Shown: positions 28,539 through 38,589, counted from the stretch's first letter. The stretch is 64,000 bases of DNA from Candidatus Doudnabacteria bacterium (GCA_023245895.1 JAHFJJ010000003.1:11343-75342); one strand, 5' to 3'. Made by a program: numbers and translations. The notes: generated by a model not told the origin, from the sequence alone.

Positions 28539-29396
28539 ATGATAATCGATAAATACAATCAGCGAGTTCAAAATTCTCATTCCCTGCTATGCGTGGGGCT
28601 GGATGCGGATTTTGAAAAAATCCCGTCATCTTTTAAAGAAAAGGAATTCCCGCAGTTTGAGTTTAACAAATGGATTATTGACCAGACGGCGGAATTTGCC
28701 GCGGCCTTTAAGCCCAACTCGGCTTTTTATGAAGGGCAGGGCGACCAAGGCATTAAAGAGCTGAAGATGACAATGGAGCACCTTCAGCAAAAACACCCTG
28801 ACATTTTTACCATTTTAGACGCCAAGCGCGCGGACATTGGCAACACCAACAACGGCTATGTGGCTTCAATCTTTGACTGGCTGGGTTTTGACGCAGTTAC
28901 CCTGCATCCTTATTTGGGCAAAGAGGCTTTAAAGCCGTTTTTGGACAGGAAAGATAAAATATCCATCATCTTATGTAGGACTTCTAATCCTGGAGCGGGA
29001 GAATTTCAAGACTTAAGCATTTTACCCCCTCTCCCCCTGGCCTTCGGCTCTGAAGCTCAGGCTCGAAGAGGAGAGGGCCGGGGTGAGGGTCAAAAGCTTT
29101 CGCTAGTAGTTGCTGAAAAAGTTTCCAAGGAATGGAACACAAATAATAATTGCATGTTAGTAGTCGGCGCGACTTATCCGGAAGAAATGCAGGCCATAAG
29201 GGTCATTGCCGGCGATATGACTTTTTTGGTGCCCGGTATTGGCGCGCAGGGCGGCGATGTTGAAGCCGCGGTAAGGGCCGGCATTAACTCGCAAAAAATG
29301 GGGATGATAATTAACTCGTCACGTGGGATTATTTTTGCGGAAAATCCCGCGGAAGAAGCCAAGAAGTTAAGGGATGAAATTAATAAATACAGGTAG
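28539..29396 (+). CDS. pyrF: Orotidine-5'-phosphate decarboxylase (with in-frame repeat insertion)
   Basis: CVGLD, FKPNSAF, LDAKRADIGNT, VVGAT, PGIGAQGG, NSSR. Confidence 0.95.
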   Translation: MIIDKYNQRVQNSHSLLCVGLDADFEKIPSSFKEKEFPQFEFNKWIIDQTAEFAAAFKPNSAFYEGQGDQGIKELKMTMEHLQQKHPDIFTILDAKRADIGNTNNGYVASIFDWLGFDAVTLHPYLGKEALKPFLDRKDKISIILCRTSNPGAGEFQDLSILPPLPLAFGSEAQARRGEGRGEGQKLSLVVAEKVSKEWNTNNNCMLVVGATYPEEMQAIRVIAGDMTFLVPGIGAQGGDVEAAVRAGINSQKMGMIINSSRGIIFAENPAEEAKKLRDEINKYR

Positions 29397-29522
29397 TAAT
29401 CGCGAATATACAAATTTACAGTAATATACGAAGCTAAAAGTCGTAATCTATGCTAAATTTTTTAACGCGTTACTGGTCACGGTTTTGTATATTAATTTAA
29501 GATTCGTATATTCGCGATTACT

Positions 29523-30587
29523 ATGTATAAACTAATCCGCCCACTATTATTCGGCATTTCAAAAGACCCTGAAACAGTGCATAATTTGGCACTGTCTTTT
29601 TTAAGGCTGGGAGGAGTTTTTCCTATACCATCAGCCATTAAGTTTTTTACAAAAGTTGATGATGAAATTTTGAAACAAAAAGTATTTGGTTTGGAGTTTA
29701 AAAATCCTGTTGGCCTGGCCGCCGGGTTTGAAAAAGACGGTAAGGGTTTGCCGGGTTTGGAAGCTTTGGGTTTTGGGTTTGTAGAATTAGGAGGCTATAC
29801 TAAATTGCCTCAGCCGGGCAACCCCCGCCAAAGGATTTTTCGTTTGGCCAAAGATTTTGGTTTAATAAACAGGATGGGTTTCCCGAATTTTGGGGCTGAT
29901 GAGGCGGCTAAGAATCTATCTAAAGTAAAAAACCTAAGTATGCCTTTAGGCATAAATTTGGCTAAATCTAAAATTACCCCGAATGAACACGCCGTAGAGG
30001 ATTATTTATACTCTTTTTCCAAACTGTATGATTATGCGGACTATTTTGTTATTAACGTCAGTTCCCCAAACACTCCGGGCTTGCGGAAGCTGCAGAGTAA
30101 AGAATTTTTAACCGGAATTATTTCCGCGGTAGTTGGTTATAGGGACAGGCAAACTGTAAAGAAGCCCATTCTCATTAAAACCGTGATTGATTTTTCTTTT
30201 GCCGAGGTTGATGAGCTTTTGGGAGTTTGCGAAAACTATAACATTGCCGGAATTGTTTGTACCAATACCAGTACGAGCCGTGAAGGCTTAAAGACACAAA
30301 TTAACGAAATGGGAGGGCTGTCCGGAATGCCGGTCAAGCAAAAGGCAACAGAACTAATTAGATACATCCATAAGGCCAACCCGAAACTTGTTATTATTGG
30401 TTTGGGCGGGATTTTTACGGTAGAAGATGCTTACGAGAAAATAAAAGCCGGAGCGTCGCTAGTCCAAATTTTTACGGGTTTTATTTACGAAGGGCCGTTT
30501 GTGGTGAAAAAAATTAACCAGGGCTTGGCCAGGCTTTTAAAAAGGGACGGGTTTAAAAATATTAGCGAGGCTGTTGGCAAAGAATAG
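29523..30587 (+). CDS. pyrD: Dihydroorotate dehydrogenase (class 2, quinone)
   Basis: NPVGLAAGF, QPGNPR, INRMGF, NVSSPNTPGLR, GGLSG. Confidence 0.94.
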   Translation: MYKLIRPLLFGISKDPETVHNLALSFLRLGGVFPIPSAIKFFTKVDDEILKQKVFGLEFKNPVGLAAGFEKDGKGLPGLEALGFGFVELGGYTKLPQPGNPRQRIFRLAKDFGLINRMGFPNFGADEAAKNLSKVKNLSMPLGINLAKSKITPNEHAVEDYLYSFSKLYDYADYFVINVSSPNTPGLRKLQSKEFLTGIISAVVGYRDRQTVKKPILIKTVIDFSFAEVDELLGVCENYNIAGIVCTNTSTSREGLKTQINEMGGLSGMPVKQKATELIRYIHKANPKLVIIGLGGIFTVEDAYEKIKAGASLVQIFTGFIYEGPFVVKKINQGLARLLKRDGFKNISEAVGKE

Positions 30588-30591
30588 TCCT

Positions 30592-30632
30592 AACAAGGGG
30601 AATCCTTGCGTAGCGCAAGGATTCCCCTTGTT
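30592..30632. repeat. Palindrome family E
   Basis: ACAAGGGGAATCCTTGCG-x-A-G-CGCAAGGATTCCCCTTGT; second copy at 52723-52763. Confidence 0.85.
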
Positions 30633-30680
30633 TTTGGTACTAAGCTGTTATATAATTGATAGGCAAATTTAATATGTTAA

Positions 30681-30766
30681 GCCCGGGTGGCGAAATGGCA
30701 GACGCACTACCTTGAGGTGGTAGCGACCGCAAGGTCATGGGAGTTCGACTCTCCCCTCGGGCACCA
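30681..30766 (+). tRNA. tRNA-Leu (GAG)
   Basis: Cloverleaf, long variable arm, CCA. Confidence 0.93.
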
Positions 30767-30980
30767 TGAACCAGTCGCTCACTGCGTTCACTCCGGTTCA
30801 TGGCACAGCCACGAACCGGGCAACCACGCTGTGAGTGATAATGGGCGACTGGTTCATGCAGTGTACCTGAGGCCCGCAAAGCGGGACGAATGGTTCACTG
30901 CTGTACGTGGCGCAGCCATGTGCGCGATAGAGTGATGAGTGCCCTGTACCTGAAGCCCGAAGGGGTGAATGGTTCAGGGC
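30764..30980. repeat. tRNA-3'-anchored composite palindromic repeat, family H
   Basis: CCATGAACC...GGTTCATGG and TGTACC...GAATGGTTCA units; related array at 56812-56921 and a fragment at 63983-64000. Confidence 0.75.
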
Positions 30981-31004
30981 AGACAGACAATAAATTTTAT
31001 TTTT

Positions 31005-31298
31005 ATGCCAGACAACGAAAAATTTGAATCAACTGAATTTGAGCGGTTTTTGGAAAAGTATGAAGTCCACAGGATCCGAGAAACTTTTAAGGAAAGGGTT
31101 TTAACCATCGTAATCGCTTCTTTGGGCTTGATAGCGGCTTTGGCGTGGGATGACGCTTTAAAACACCTGTTTGAAAAATTATTCGGCGGGGAAGCGTCTT
31201 TGGCAGAAGAAGTTTTGTACGCTTTAATAATAACCATTGTCGCGGCCGCGGTGTCTGTATATTTAGCCAAGCTTTATAATAAAAGAGAAGAAAAATAG
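31005..31298 (+). CDS. Small 2-TM protein (DUF5654-like)
   Basis: ASLGLIAALAWDDA...LYALIIT. Confidence 0.75.
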   Translation: MPDNEKFESTEFERFLEKYEVHRIRETFKERVLTIVIASLGLIAALAWDDALKHLFEKLFGGEASLAEEVLYALIITIVAAAVSVYLAKLYNKREEK

Positions 31299-31300
31299 CC

Positions 31301-31867
31301 ATGTTAAACATTCCCGTAATTTTAGGAAGTGTGCGTGAGGGCAGGAACAGCGAAAAACCCGCTAAGTTTTTGATTGAAAAAATTACCGCATTAGGACACC
31401 AAACTCAACTGGTGGATTTTAAGGAAATGCCTTTGCCGTTTTTTGACTCCGCGTTAACCCCGGTTGCAATGAAGGGTGTGTATCCTTATCCCAATGTCCA
31501 AAAGTGGAGCGGGATTGCCCAGGCGGCGGACGCTTTTGTTTTGGTTTTTCCGGAATACAACCACGGCTATAACGCGGTAATAAAAAACGCGCTGGACTGG
31601 TTGTTTAATGAGTTTTCCAAAAAACCTTTTTTACTGTGCGGCGTTTCCGACGGCTCCTTTGGCGGGGCAAGGGCAATTGAGCAAATGCGGCCCATCGTCG
31701 AAAATTTTAGGGCCGTCGCAATTCGTGAAGCCATAACTTTTTCCAAGGCGGACAAGTTGTTTGACGCTGAAGGAAAGTTACTTGATGAAAGCTATAATAA
31801 AAGAATTGACAGTTCTCTGGAAAATTTGGTTTGGTGGGCCGAAGCTCTTAAAAAAGCCAGGGAGTAG
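31301..31867 (+). CDS. NAD(P)H-dependent FMN reductase
   Basis: GSVREGR, PEYNHG, KNALDW, GGARA. Confidence 0.92.
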   Translation: MLNIPVILGSVREGRNSEKPAKFLIEKITALGHQTQLVDFKEMPLPFFDSALTPVAMKGVYPYPNVQKWSGIAQAADAFVLVFPEYNHGYNAVIKNALDWLFNEFSKKPFLLCGVSDGSFGGARAIEQMRPIVENFRAVAIREAITFSKADKLFDAEGKLLDESYNKRIDSSLENLVWWAEALKKARE

Positions 31868-32006
31868 CTTCTTCTACTAAATACTAAAATTTACTAAAAA
31901 TACTAAAAAACCCACAGAGGTGGGTTTTTTAGTATTAATTTCGTATTTAGCAGAAGAGATCCCTCGGCTGCACTCGGGATGGTTTGTCTATATTAATTTA
32001 ATAAGG

Positions 32007-32957
32007 TCAAACCACTTTCCACTTCCCCGCCTCATCCTTCACCAGCTTGCCCGCAACAGAAAAGCCCGATGCCAGCTTATGTCCGCCGCCGCCAAAGGCG
32101 TGGGCGATTTTGGAAACATCTATATTTTTAAACGGGTCGCTCCTAAGGCTGCCTTTTATAATTGGCCCGTCCTGCCTTAAGAACATGGCAAACTTGGCTT
32201 CGGGCATGGTGTTTAGGGTTTCGGTAAAGCCTTCAAAGGCGGCCCCGGGCAGGTTTTTAAATTCCGCCAAGTCTTTTTCCGTCATGACGGAATAAATTAT
32301 TTTATTTTTTTTGTCGTAATAGGAGTTTTCCATGGCCTTGCCCCAGGCTTTAAGCACTTGGGGTGATTTGCTGTTATAAGTATTTTTGATAATTTTACTT
32401 ATATGCGCGCCTTTGCGCATTAGCTCGGCCGCCGCGTCCATGGTGGAACTTTGGGTGTTGGAATGCATAAAACTGCCGGTGTCGGTAATAATGCCGGTCA
32501 GCAAACAGGTCGCGACTTCTTTGGTAATCACCCAATTATTAAAAAGGAAAAATTCGTAAATTAATTCCGCGACCGAAGATTTTTTATGGTCAACTACATT
32601 GACATGGCCAAATTGGCTGTTGTCCGGATGGTGGTCTATGTTTACTATTGGCACGTCCAGCGACATAACTTTTTCACTGCCGCAGCGCACTTTTGAAGAA
32701 CAGCCAAAAGTTATTAATAAGTCAAAATTATGATGGTCTATGTCATCCTGGATTTTTTCGCTCCCCGGCAAAAAGCTTAAGGCCGGAGGCACGCCTTTTT
32801 TTATGGCGTAAGTTACAACCTTGCCCATTTTTTCCAACTGGTGCCCCATAGCCAAAAGCGCGCCGCCGTCGTCCCCGTCCATGCGTTCGTGCATGGTTAG
32901 CAGGATGCGGTGGGAGTCGTTTATGAGTTCTGTGGCTTTTTGGAATTCTTTTTGCAT
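32007..32957 (-). CDS. nrnA: DHH/DHHA1 phosphoesterase (NrnA-like)
   Basis: HERMDGD, IDHH, TDTG, GGGGH. Confidence 0.9.
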   Translation of the reverse strand: MQKEFQKATELINDSHRILLTMHERMDGDDGGALLAMGHQLEKMGKVVTYAIKKGVPPALSFLPGSEKIQDDIDHHNFDLLITFGCSSKVRCGSEKVMSLDVPIVNIDHHPDNSQFGHVNVVDHKKSSVAELIYEFFLFNNWVITKEVATCLLTGIITDTGSFMHSNTQSSTMDAAAELMRKGAHISKIIKNTYNSKSPQVLKAWGKAMENSYYDKKNKIIYSVMTEKDLAEFKNLPGAAFEGFTETLNTMPEAKFAMFLRQDGPIIKGSLRSDPFKNIDVSKIAHAFGGGGHKLASGFSVAGKLVKDEAGKWKVV

Positions 32958-32963
32958 AAAAAG

Positions 32964-33060
32964 TGTGTCATTCCGAGCGAGTGCATCCGAGAGAGGAATC
33001 TCTTACATCCGATAATCCACCAGTGTTAAGGGATCCCTCGGCTGCACTCGGGATGACACA
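32964..33060. repeat. GTCAT...ATGAC REPIN-like element, family C
   Basis: Terminal inverted repeats GTCATTCCGAG/CTCGGGATGAC; relatives at 31956-31982, 60007-60111, 60622-60697, 61574-61674. Confidence 0.85.
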
Positions 33061-33067
33061 TAGAAGG

Positions 33068-33502
33068 TTACTCTTCTTCATGTATTTCCCTAATCAGCTC
33101 ATCTATATGCTGTACATACCTTGGCGAGACGTCTAAATGGAAAGAAATGCGCGGAATTATTTTGGTGTGGAAGTGTTTGTTAACTTCGCCTTGGATGTCG
33201 TAAATATTTTTGGCCAAAAAGTCCATAATTTTTTTGTCCAAAGATGGGTTAGCCAGAGGTTTTTTATCAACCGAGGATTTAACCCCCTCTCCCTCTGGGA
33301 GAGGGCCGGGGTGAGGGTTTACAGCATGGAAAATAGAAATCCAAATTTTCGCCCACTTCATGTCTTTGGACGTTTCCACTTTAGTAATAGTTACCAGCGC
33401 GTCAAAGTCCTCTAAAAATTCCAGTAAAACCGGCCCCAGTTCATGCTGGATAAGCGAGTTAACTTTGGCTATGCGGTTGGTGTCTTTTTTAACTTGTTTC
33501 AT
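33068..33502 (-). CDS. rbfA: Ribosome-binding factor A (with in-frame repeat insertion)
   Basis: RIAKVNSLI, VTITKVETSKD, AKIWIS, PRISFHLD; start moved to MKQVKK. Confidence 0.9.
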   Translation of the reverse strand: MKQVKKDTNRIAKVNSLIQHELGPVLLEFLEDFDALVTITKVETSKDMKWAKIWISIFHAVNPHPGPLPEGEGVKSSVDKKPLANPSLDKKIMDFLAKNIYDIQGEVNKHFHTKIIPRISFHLDVSPRYVQHIDELIREIHEEE

Positions 33503-33725
33503 TTGGTTTCCCTCTCCCTCCTTGTCCGCCATAGTCCGCATGAGGCGGACGACGGCGGATGGGAGAGGGATTAAGGGTGAGGGTTAAGAGGTTAGATAAT
33601 CTAATTATAACAATTAAGTATAATAAATTTTTTAAATTTTAACAAGACTGTACATATAAAAAATAAAGAAGGAGCCTGAAAATTCCAGGCTCCCTTCTGT
33701 GGTTCTTGAGAATTATTTGTCCGGA

Positions 33726-35132
33726 CTACAGCTTGGCCAGACGGTCGAGCAGGGGCTTGGCGTCCTTTCCAAAAACCTCTCTTATCCGAGCCTCGAATTG
33801 AGGCCTGAATGTGCTGCCGCTGGTGCGGGCGAGGTTTGACCGGAGGCTTGCGGCAAGATGCTTATTGTAGGCGCCGAAATCATCTTTGAGCATCTTGTCC
33901 CACACATTTTTAGGGAATTTGCCCCCGTTCTCTTTCTTAGTTTCTAAAGCCTTGATTTTCCATTCGATCTGTTCACGTTTGGAAAGGGCGTCCCAACTTT
34001 GTTTGGGTTTAGAGTTCCGTCCGCCTCGTCGGGGGGCTCGCGTTGGCTCGTGTGGTGTTGTAGGGGCCTGCGGGGAGGCAGGTGCCTCCACCACCATAAT
34101 TTTACCCCGCCGCATCAATATATCGGCGATTTCTTGGAGCGTTGTCCCGTCGCCGGTTGAGTTTTGTGCAGCCGCGAGCAGGGCTTCGAATTCCTCCAGC
34201 GCTTCTCCTCCAACCGCTGTAGCAATAGTCTGGAGCTTGTCGAACTTTAACGTGGTCATGGTCTGGCGTACCTCAGGAATTGGATGTGTGAAGACCGAGA
34301 TTACTTCGTCTTCCTTCACCCACCACAGGTTGCTGTTTACCCACTGCTCCAGCAGTGAGCGGATGTTTGCTTGCGTGAATTCTCGACCGTCGCATGCGAA
34401 GTGGAAAAGGTAAGTTCGCATCCGGGCAGGCCGTCTGGCGTTCATGAAGCGCGATACATAAACGTATCGCTCAATTCTGTCGGGAAACAAAATGTTACCG
34501 CCTTGCTGGATCATTGCTTGCAGCAATAGGACAAACAAACCAAATTCCCTTTTGGCTCCCTTGATGGGATCGAAGTGCTGCTTAAAAAATGTTGGCAAGT
34601 GGTCGGTTTTCGCTTTGGGCAGGGATTTTTGCTGGGCAATGAGCTTCTGGAAAAAAACTTCAGCCTCATCTGCGTTCAGCATTTCTTCCAAGGCCAGCTT
34701 AATTTTTCCGTGTTGCTTAATGGACTTGTTTTCCCGCGCGTCGTGTACGGTTATAGCAAGACAGCGTGCGCTGTTTTTGGCCGAAATCAGTTGCAAGGTG
34801 TTTTGGATTTCCGTAATCCTTGTTTCCGCCGTGCCGCAAAAATCCAAGTGGAAAGCATCTACGTAGGCATCTTTGCCGTGGACCTGTCTTAACCTGGACG
34901 GGAATTGCTCAAGGTTGGGGCAAAACCGGTATTGAAACCTACGGATTAAGTCATTGCCAAGGTCGTTGTCCCATTCAATAAGAAAACCCTGCTTTTCCGG
35001 AACGTTGTGCCTAAGCCAAATTTCGGCTTCAAAGCCTTTGCCGCCCAAGGTGGCCAGCTTAGCCTCAACGAGAGGCTTGAAACCGGCAATCATCTGCAAG
35101 AACATTTCAATAATTCTCTCTTTTGGTTGCAT
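33726..35132 (-). CDS. Hypothetical protein with an N-terminal SAM-MTase-like fold
   Basis: ATLGG..E, LIEWD, VDAFHLDFCG, LAITV pattern; helical C-terminal domain. Confidence 0.5.
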   Translation of the reverse strand: MQPKERIIEMFLQMIAGFKPLVEAKLATLGGKGFEAEIWLRHNVPEKQGFLIEWDNDLGNDLIRRFQYRFCPNLEQFPSRLRQVHGKDAYVDAFHLDFCGTAETRITEIQNTLQLISAKNSARCLAITVHDARENKSIKQHGKIKLALEEMLNADEAEVFFQKLIAQQKSLPKAKTDHLPTFFKQHFDPIKGAKREFGLFVLLLQAMIQQGGNILFPDRIERYVYVSRFMNARRPARMRTYLFHFACDGREFTQANIRSLLEQWVNSNLWWVKEDEVISVFTHPIPEVRQTMTTLKFDKLQTIATAVGGEALEEFEALLAAAQNSTGDGTTLQEIADILMRRGKIMVVEAPASPQAPTTPHEPTRAPRRGGRNSKPKQSWDALSKREQIEWKIKALETKKENGGKFPKNVWDKMLKDDFGAYNKHLAASLRSNLARTSGSTFRPQFEARIREVFGKDAKPLLDRLAKL

Positions 35133-35469
35133 GAACCCCCCTGAAAATTGTTAAAAATGCTAAACCATACTGACCAATAAGATTAATAAAAACAGCCCGA
35201 AATGTCAAGGCAAAAGTCTTTGACATAATTGCCTGTTTATGATACATTTTAAAGTCCCTTTTCTAGGGTAACGTACATAAAGGGTCTGTTGCCAAATGTC
35301 ATTTTTGCCCAAAACGAGCTTCTTTGGTAAAATTTCCTAAAAAATTTATCTGCTTACCTTCCAGGTAAACATCAAAATTTGTTTAGAAAATTTTCCTCAA
35401 ACAATCTCATTTTGTTTCAAAAAGCCCATTCGGCAACAGACCCTTAAAAATCTTTTGGAGGATAGATAA

Positions 35470-37029
35470 ATGACTGATAAAAAGTCCGAACTTAAACCGG
35501 TTGCGGTTGTCAGCGCCATGCGCACGGACAGGGATGTGGCTTTGACGCTTGAAAAAGTCATTGCCACCTTGAGCTCCCTGCAGAGTGAATTTGCCTCGGG
35601 AGGTATTGCCCAGGAGTTTTTGGCCTTAACCTTGTTGGTCCTCCAGTGCGTACGCTCCGGAAGAACAGACAAGCAGGCGGAAGACGCGGCAGACAGTCTT
35701 GGTCTATTTTTAATTGACCTAGCGGCTTGCCTTACCACCACCCCCTTTGAGAATCCACATGTCGAAGGAGTTACAGCCTTAGGCAAAGAACTTCTCCAAC
35801 TCCGGACAGACCTTAAAGAGTTGGCCGTTTCAAAAGCCCAAGTCGCAAACGAATTGCAAAGCAGGAACGCGGCGTTTGATTCTCTTTCACAACTTGCCGG
35901 CCAGCAGACTGGGAAGATTCACGAGTTAGAAGCAAGGCTGGCCAGCGCCACGGAAACTAACTTTGACCGGTTAAACCGGTTGGAGCCCACGCTTGCGGGA
36001 ATAGCCAGGGGCCTTGGAGAGAAGCTGGAGTCTGCCAAACACCGCGAAAGCTTGTTGCGGCAGCTCTCTCAAGTTCACGAGGAGCAGGCCGTCCAAGTTA
36101 GCAGGGATGTTGAACGGGTTGCCGAATTGGTTGTTTCCATTCAACAGGTGGTTGCCAATGTTAAGGCTCAAGTTAATCCAGTTGAGGTCGTCCAATATGC
36201 ACCTCAAGAGCCACCCGCGGCGGAGTCAGATCTTGATGTTGCCAAAGAAATTGGTCGTAGACAGGAATGGCTGCTTCAAGTTGGCGAGAGGATTGAGGAA
36301 ACTTCGTCGGCTTGTTCCGATATTGGCCATGAGTTGAGCCGTGTAAGCAGCGAGCTGGGGTTGGCCAAAGGCCCTGCCCGCGCTCCACTAGTCATTCAGC
36401 AAACCAAGCTCACTCAACAAAAAGGCCAACTCGAGGCTTTGCAACAGAAGCTGTTGGACTCAGAAAAAGGGGTCCAAGAGCAAATCAGAAAACTGCGTGC
36501 TTATAAGGCCGCGCAGGAACTGGTTGCTTCAGGCTTGGACCAGCAGGCAATGCTTGCCGGTTTACCGGAAATTCCTGATACGACGGAAGCAGAACCCGAA
36601 CAGCAGCAAGAGGCTGGTCATGATGCCGATTTGAATAAAATCCAGGCGCTTGCCGGCCTGGCGGCTGCTCACGGAGTGTCCACCAAGGCACTCTTTATGA
36701 TTACCTTGTACGAATGCCTGCCGCAAAGGCCAACCGGCGGCGTTCTAAGAAAGAGCAGTTTACGGATTGCCAGGGTAGCAAGGGATTGCGGACTGCTTTC
36801 GGAGTTTGGGTTTGGAAGAGAGATCCGCCAGATTGTCTACTTAAAGCAAGATGAGGCCTTTCCCAAGGCCTTTATGCACTATGGCGGGACCCCCGGCGGT
36901 ATAGCAATTTACAGCCGGACGGCCAATCCGCTTAGCTGGAAAGTCACGGATGTGTTTTCTGGTGAGGAGGTAAGTAGATTTCTGGCGCAGTATGTCCAGA
37001 ATGAACAAAAGGCGGAGGAGCGTTCTTAA
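35470..37029 (+). CDS. Hypothetical long coiled-coil protein
   Basis: L/Q/E/A-rich heptads; GGAGG SD. Confidence 0.7.
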   Translation: MTDKKSELKPVAVVSAMRTDRDVALTLEKVIATLSSLQSEFASGGIAQEFLALTLLVLQCVRSGRTDKQAEDAADSLGLFLIDLAACLTTTPFENPHVEGVTALGKELLQLRTDLKELAVSKAQVANELQSRNAAFDSLSQLAGQQTGKIHELEARLASATETNFDRLNRLEPTLAGIARGLGEKLESAKHRESLLRQLSQVHEEQAVQVSRDVERVAELVVSIQQVVANVKAQVNPVEVVQYAPQEPPAAESDLDVAKEIGRRQEWLLQVGERIEETSSACSDIGHELSRVSSELGLAKGPARAPLVIQQTKLTQQKGQLEALQQKLLDSEKGVQEQIRKLRAYKAAQELVASGLDQQAMLAGLPEIPDTTEAEPEQQQEAGHDADLNKIQALAGLAAAHGVSTKALFMITLYECLPQRPTGGVLRKSSLRIARVARDCGLLSEFGFGREIRQIVYLKQDEAFPKAFMHYGGTPGGIAIYSRTANPLSWKVTDVFSGEEVSRFLAQYVQNEQKAEERS

Positions 37030-37083
37030 AAGCATAAAAAAAATGGCGTGGAATTCAGATGAATTCCACGCCTCTTTTGTTGC

Positions 37084-38589
37084 CTATTTTTTCTTTTGCT
37101 TGAGAAGCAACTCCCGTTGTAGGGTCGCCCGAAACTCCCTGGCTCCTTCGGCATCTGAGGGGGATTGGCCAATTGCTACTGCCTCCAGGATGCACGTAGT
37201 CAGGTGTTCCCGCTGGACAGGCTTGCTTTTTGGCCAGAGCTCGTATCCATCTATATTAAGGTGGATGATTTCCCGGTTGCCAATGGCCAGACTGGCCAGT
37301 ACCGTGGGTCCTAACGGCCGTTTAATAAGGAGGTAGGTTGCCTCCCCGATTTTTACCGGAATGGACCGGGGTTTGGGATCTTTTTTTTCTGTCTTTACCC
37401 CGCCGCCGCCTCCACTTCCGCCGCCTCCACCCGGCTTTTTTTTGCCCGGTAAATCAATGGTTGGTCCGTCGCCGTGAAGGGTGGGGATTCCCCAAGTGTT
37501 GCCGAACATTTCCACCAGTTCCATAACTTGCGAGCCGAGTGAGTTCCTTTCAAAGACATCCTGACCTTCAAAGAGGGCTTGAGCCGGCGGCGAGATGTGC
37601 GTCCCGAGGTAAGCGTAGTCCTTTCGCCACGCTGCGCTCTTGAGAAATTTGTCACTCAAAGAGTCGCGGGCTGAGTTTTGGTGGGTTAGAACCGAACGGA
37701 CGAATATATCTCCGGTCAGTCCATGGCTGAAGAGGGGGTAAGGCAGCGCAGACCCAAGGTGAGGGCAATACGCAACCCGCAGACCAGTCTCGGCGTCGGC
37801 AATCCAGAGACCGCCGTCACCGTCTTCGGTTCTTTCTATGCAGGCTTGGATAGCCAGGTCGCTTCCCGGAAGGATCCTGTCGGCCAAAGGCGGAGGATCA
37901 AGCTGTTCTCCCCCAATTAAGAGTCTGAACATTTTGTCTTTGATCCTGGGGATCCGCCACTTCAAAGCTTCGCGGATTTCAACGTAGCTTGTGAATACCG
38001 GATCCGGGACGACAATGGCTGTAAATGAGCCTTTGATGCCTTTTTGAGGCCCCAGTTCCACTCCGGCCTCGTCCACCTCCCGAACTTCCGGTGGTGTACC
38101 CAGTTCAATGTCCGGAATGGATATCATTCTGACCTGGCCTTTTACGGTCGTCCGGGTTAGTATGTAAAATCCGGACCTGCCATCGTCGTTGGTTTCTCTC
38201 AAGGCAAAAGTAGCCAGCCTGCCAATCCGTTTTTGGGCCGCGCCGTGGTGCAGGGCAGACCGTCCTGACCTTCTTTCTTCCCTGGGCGTGCCCAAGAATA
38301 GGTAGCGGTCCACTCTTGGGTCAGTAAGGCCCACGCCATGGTCTAAAATCACAAGGGCCCGTCCACTGGCAGACAGGGGGTGATTTTTGACCAGGAAAAT
38401 TTCCACGAAAGCTTTTTCCGGTTCCCAATTTTCCTCGTTCATGCAGGCGCAAGCTCCGTTCCTTACAACTTCCCACAAACAGGCGCCTTTGTCCTTATAG
38501 AGCTCTCCTGCCAGGGTTTCGGTAAACAAGGTAGGGTCTATTTTCCACCCTTGGGCCCATGCGGTAGATTTTGCAGCAGCTGATTTCAT
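37084..38589 (-). CDS. GHKL (Hsp90/MORC-like) ATPase-domain protein
   Basis: WEVVRNG (N-box), ILDHGVGL (G1), IGRLA (degenerate G2), ILTRT. Confidence 0.75.
   Translation of the reverse strand: MKSAAAKSTAWAQGWKIDPTLFTETLAGELYKDKGACLWEVVRNGACACMNEENWEPEKAFVEIFLVKNHPLSASGRALVILDHGVGLTDPRVDRYLFLGTPREERRSGRSALHHGAAQKRIGRLATFALRETNDDGRSGFYILTRTTVKGQVRMISIPDIELGTPPEVREVDEAGVELGPQKGIKGSFTAIVVPDPVFTSYVEIREALKWRIPRIKDKMFRLLIGGEQLDPPPLADRILPGSDLAIQACIERTEDGDGGLWIADAETGLRVAYCPHLGSALPYPLFSHGLTGDIFVRSVLTHQNSARDSLSDKFLKSAAWRKDYAYLGTHISPPAQALFEGQDVFERNSLGSQVMELVEMFGNTWGIPTLHGDGPTIDLPGKKKPGGGGGSGGGGGVKTEKKDPKPRSIPVKIGEATYLLIKRPLGPTVLASLAIGNREIIHLNIDGYELWPKSKPVQREHLTTCILEAVAIGQSPSDAEGAREFRATLQRELLLKQKKK

Noticed and set aside
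30764..30980. Possible mini CRISPR array after tRNA-Leu
   Set aside because: Units are degenerate, mixed in orientation and irregularly spaced.
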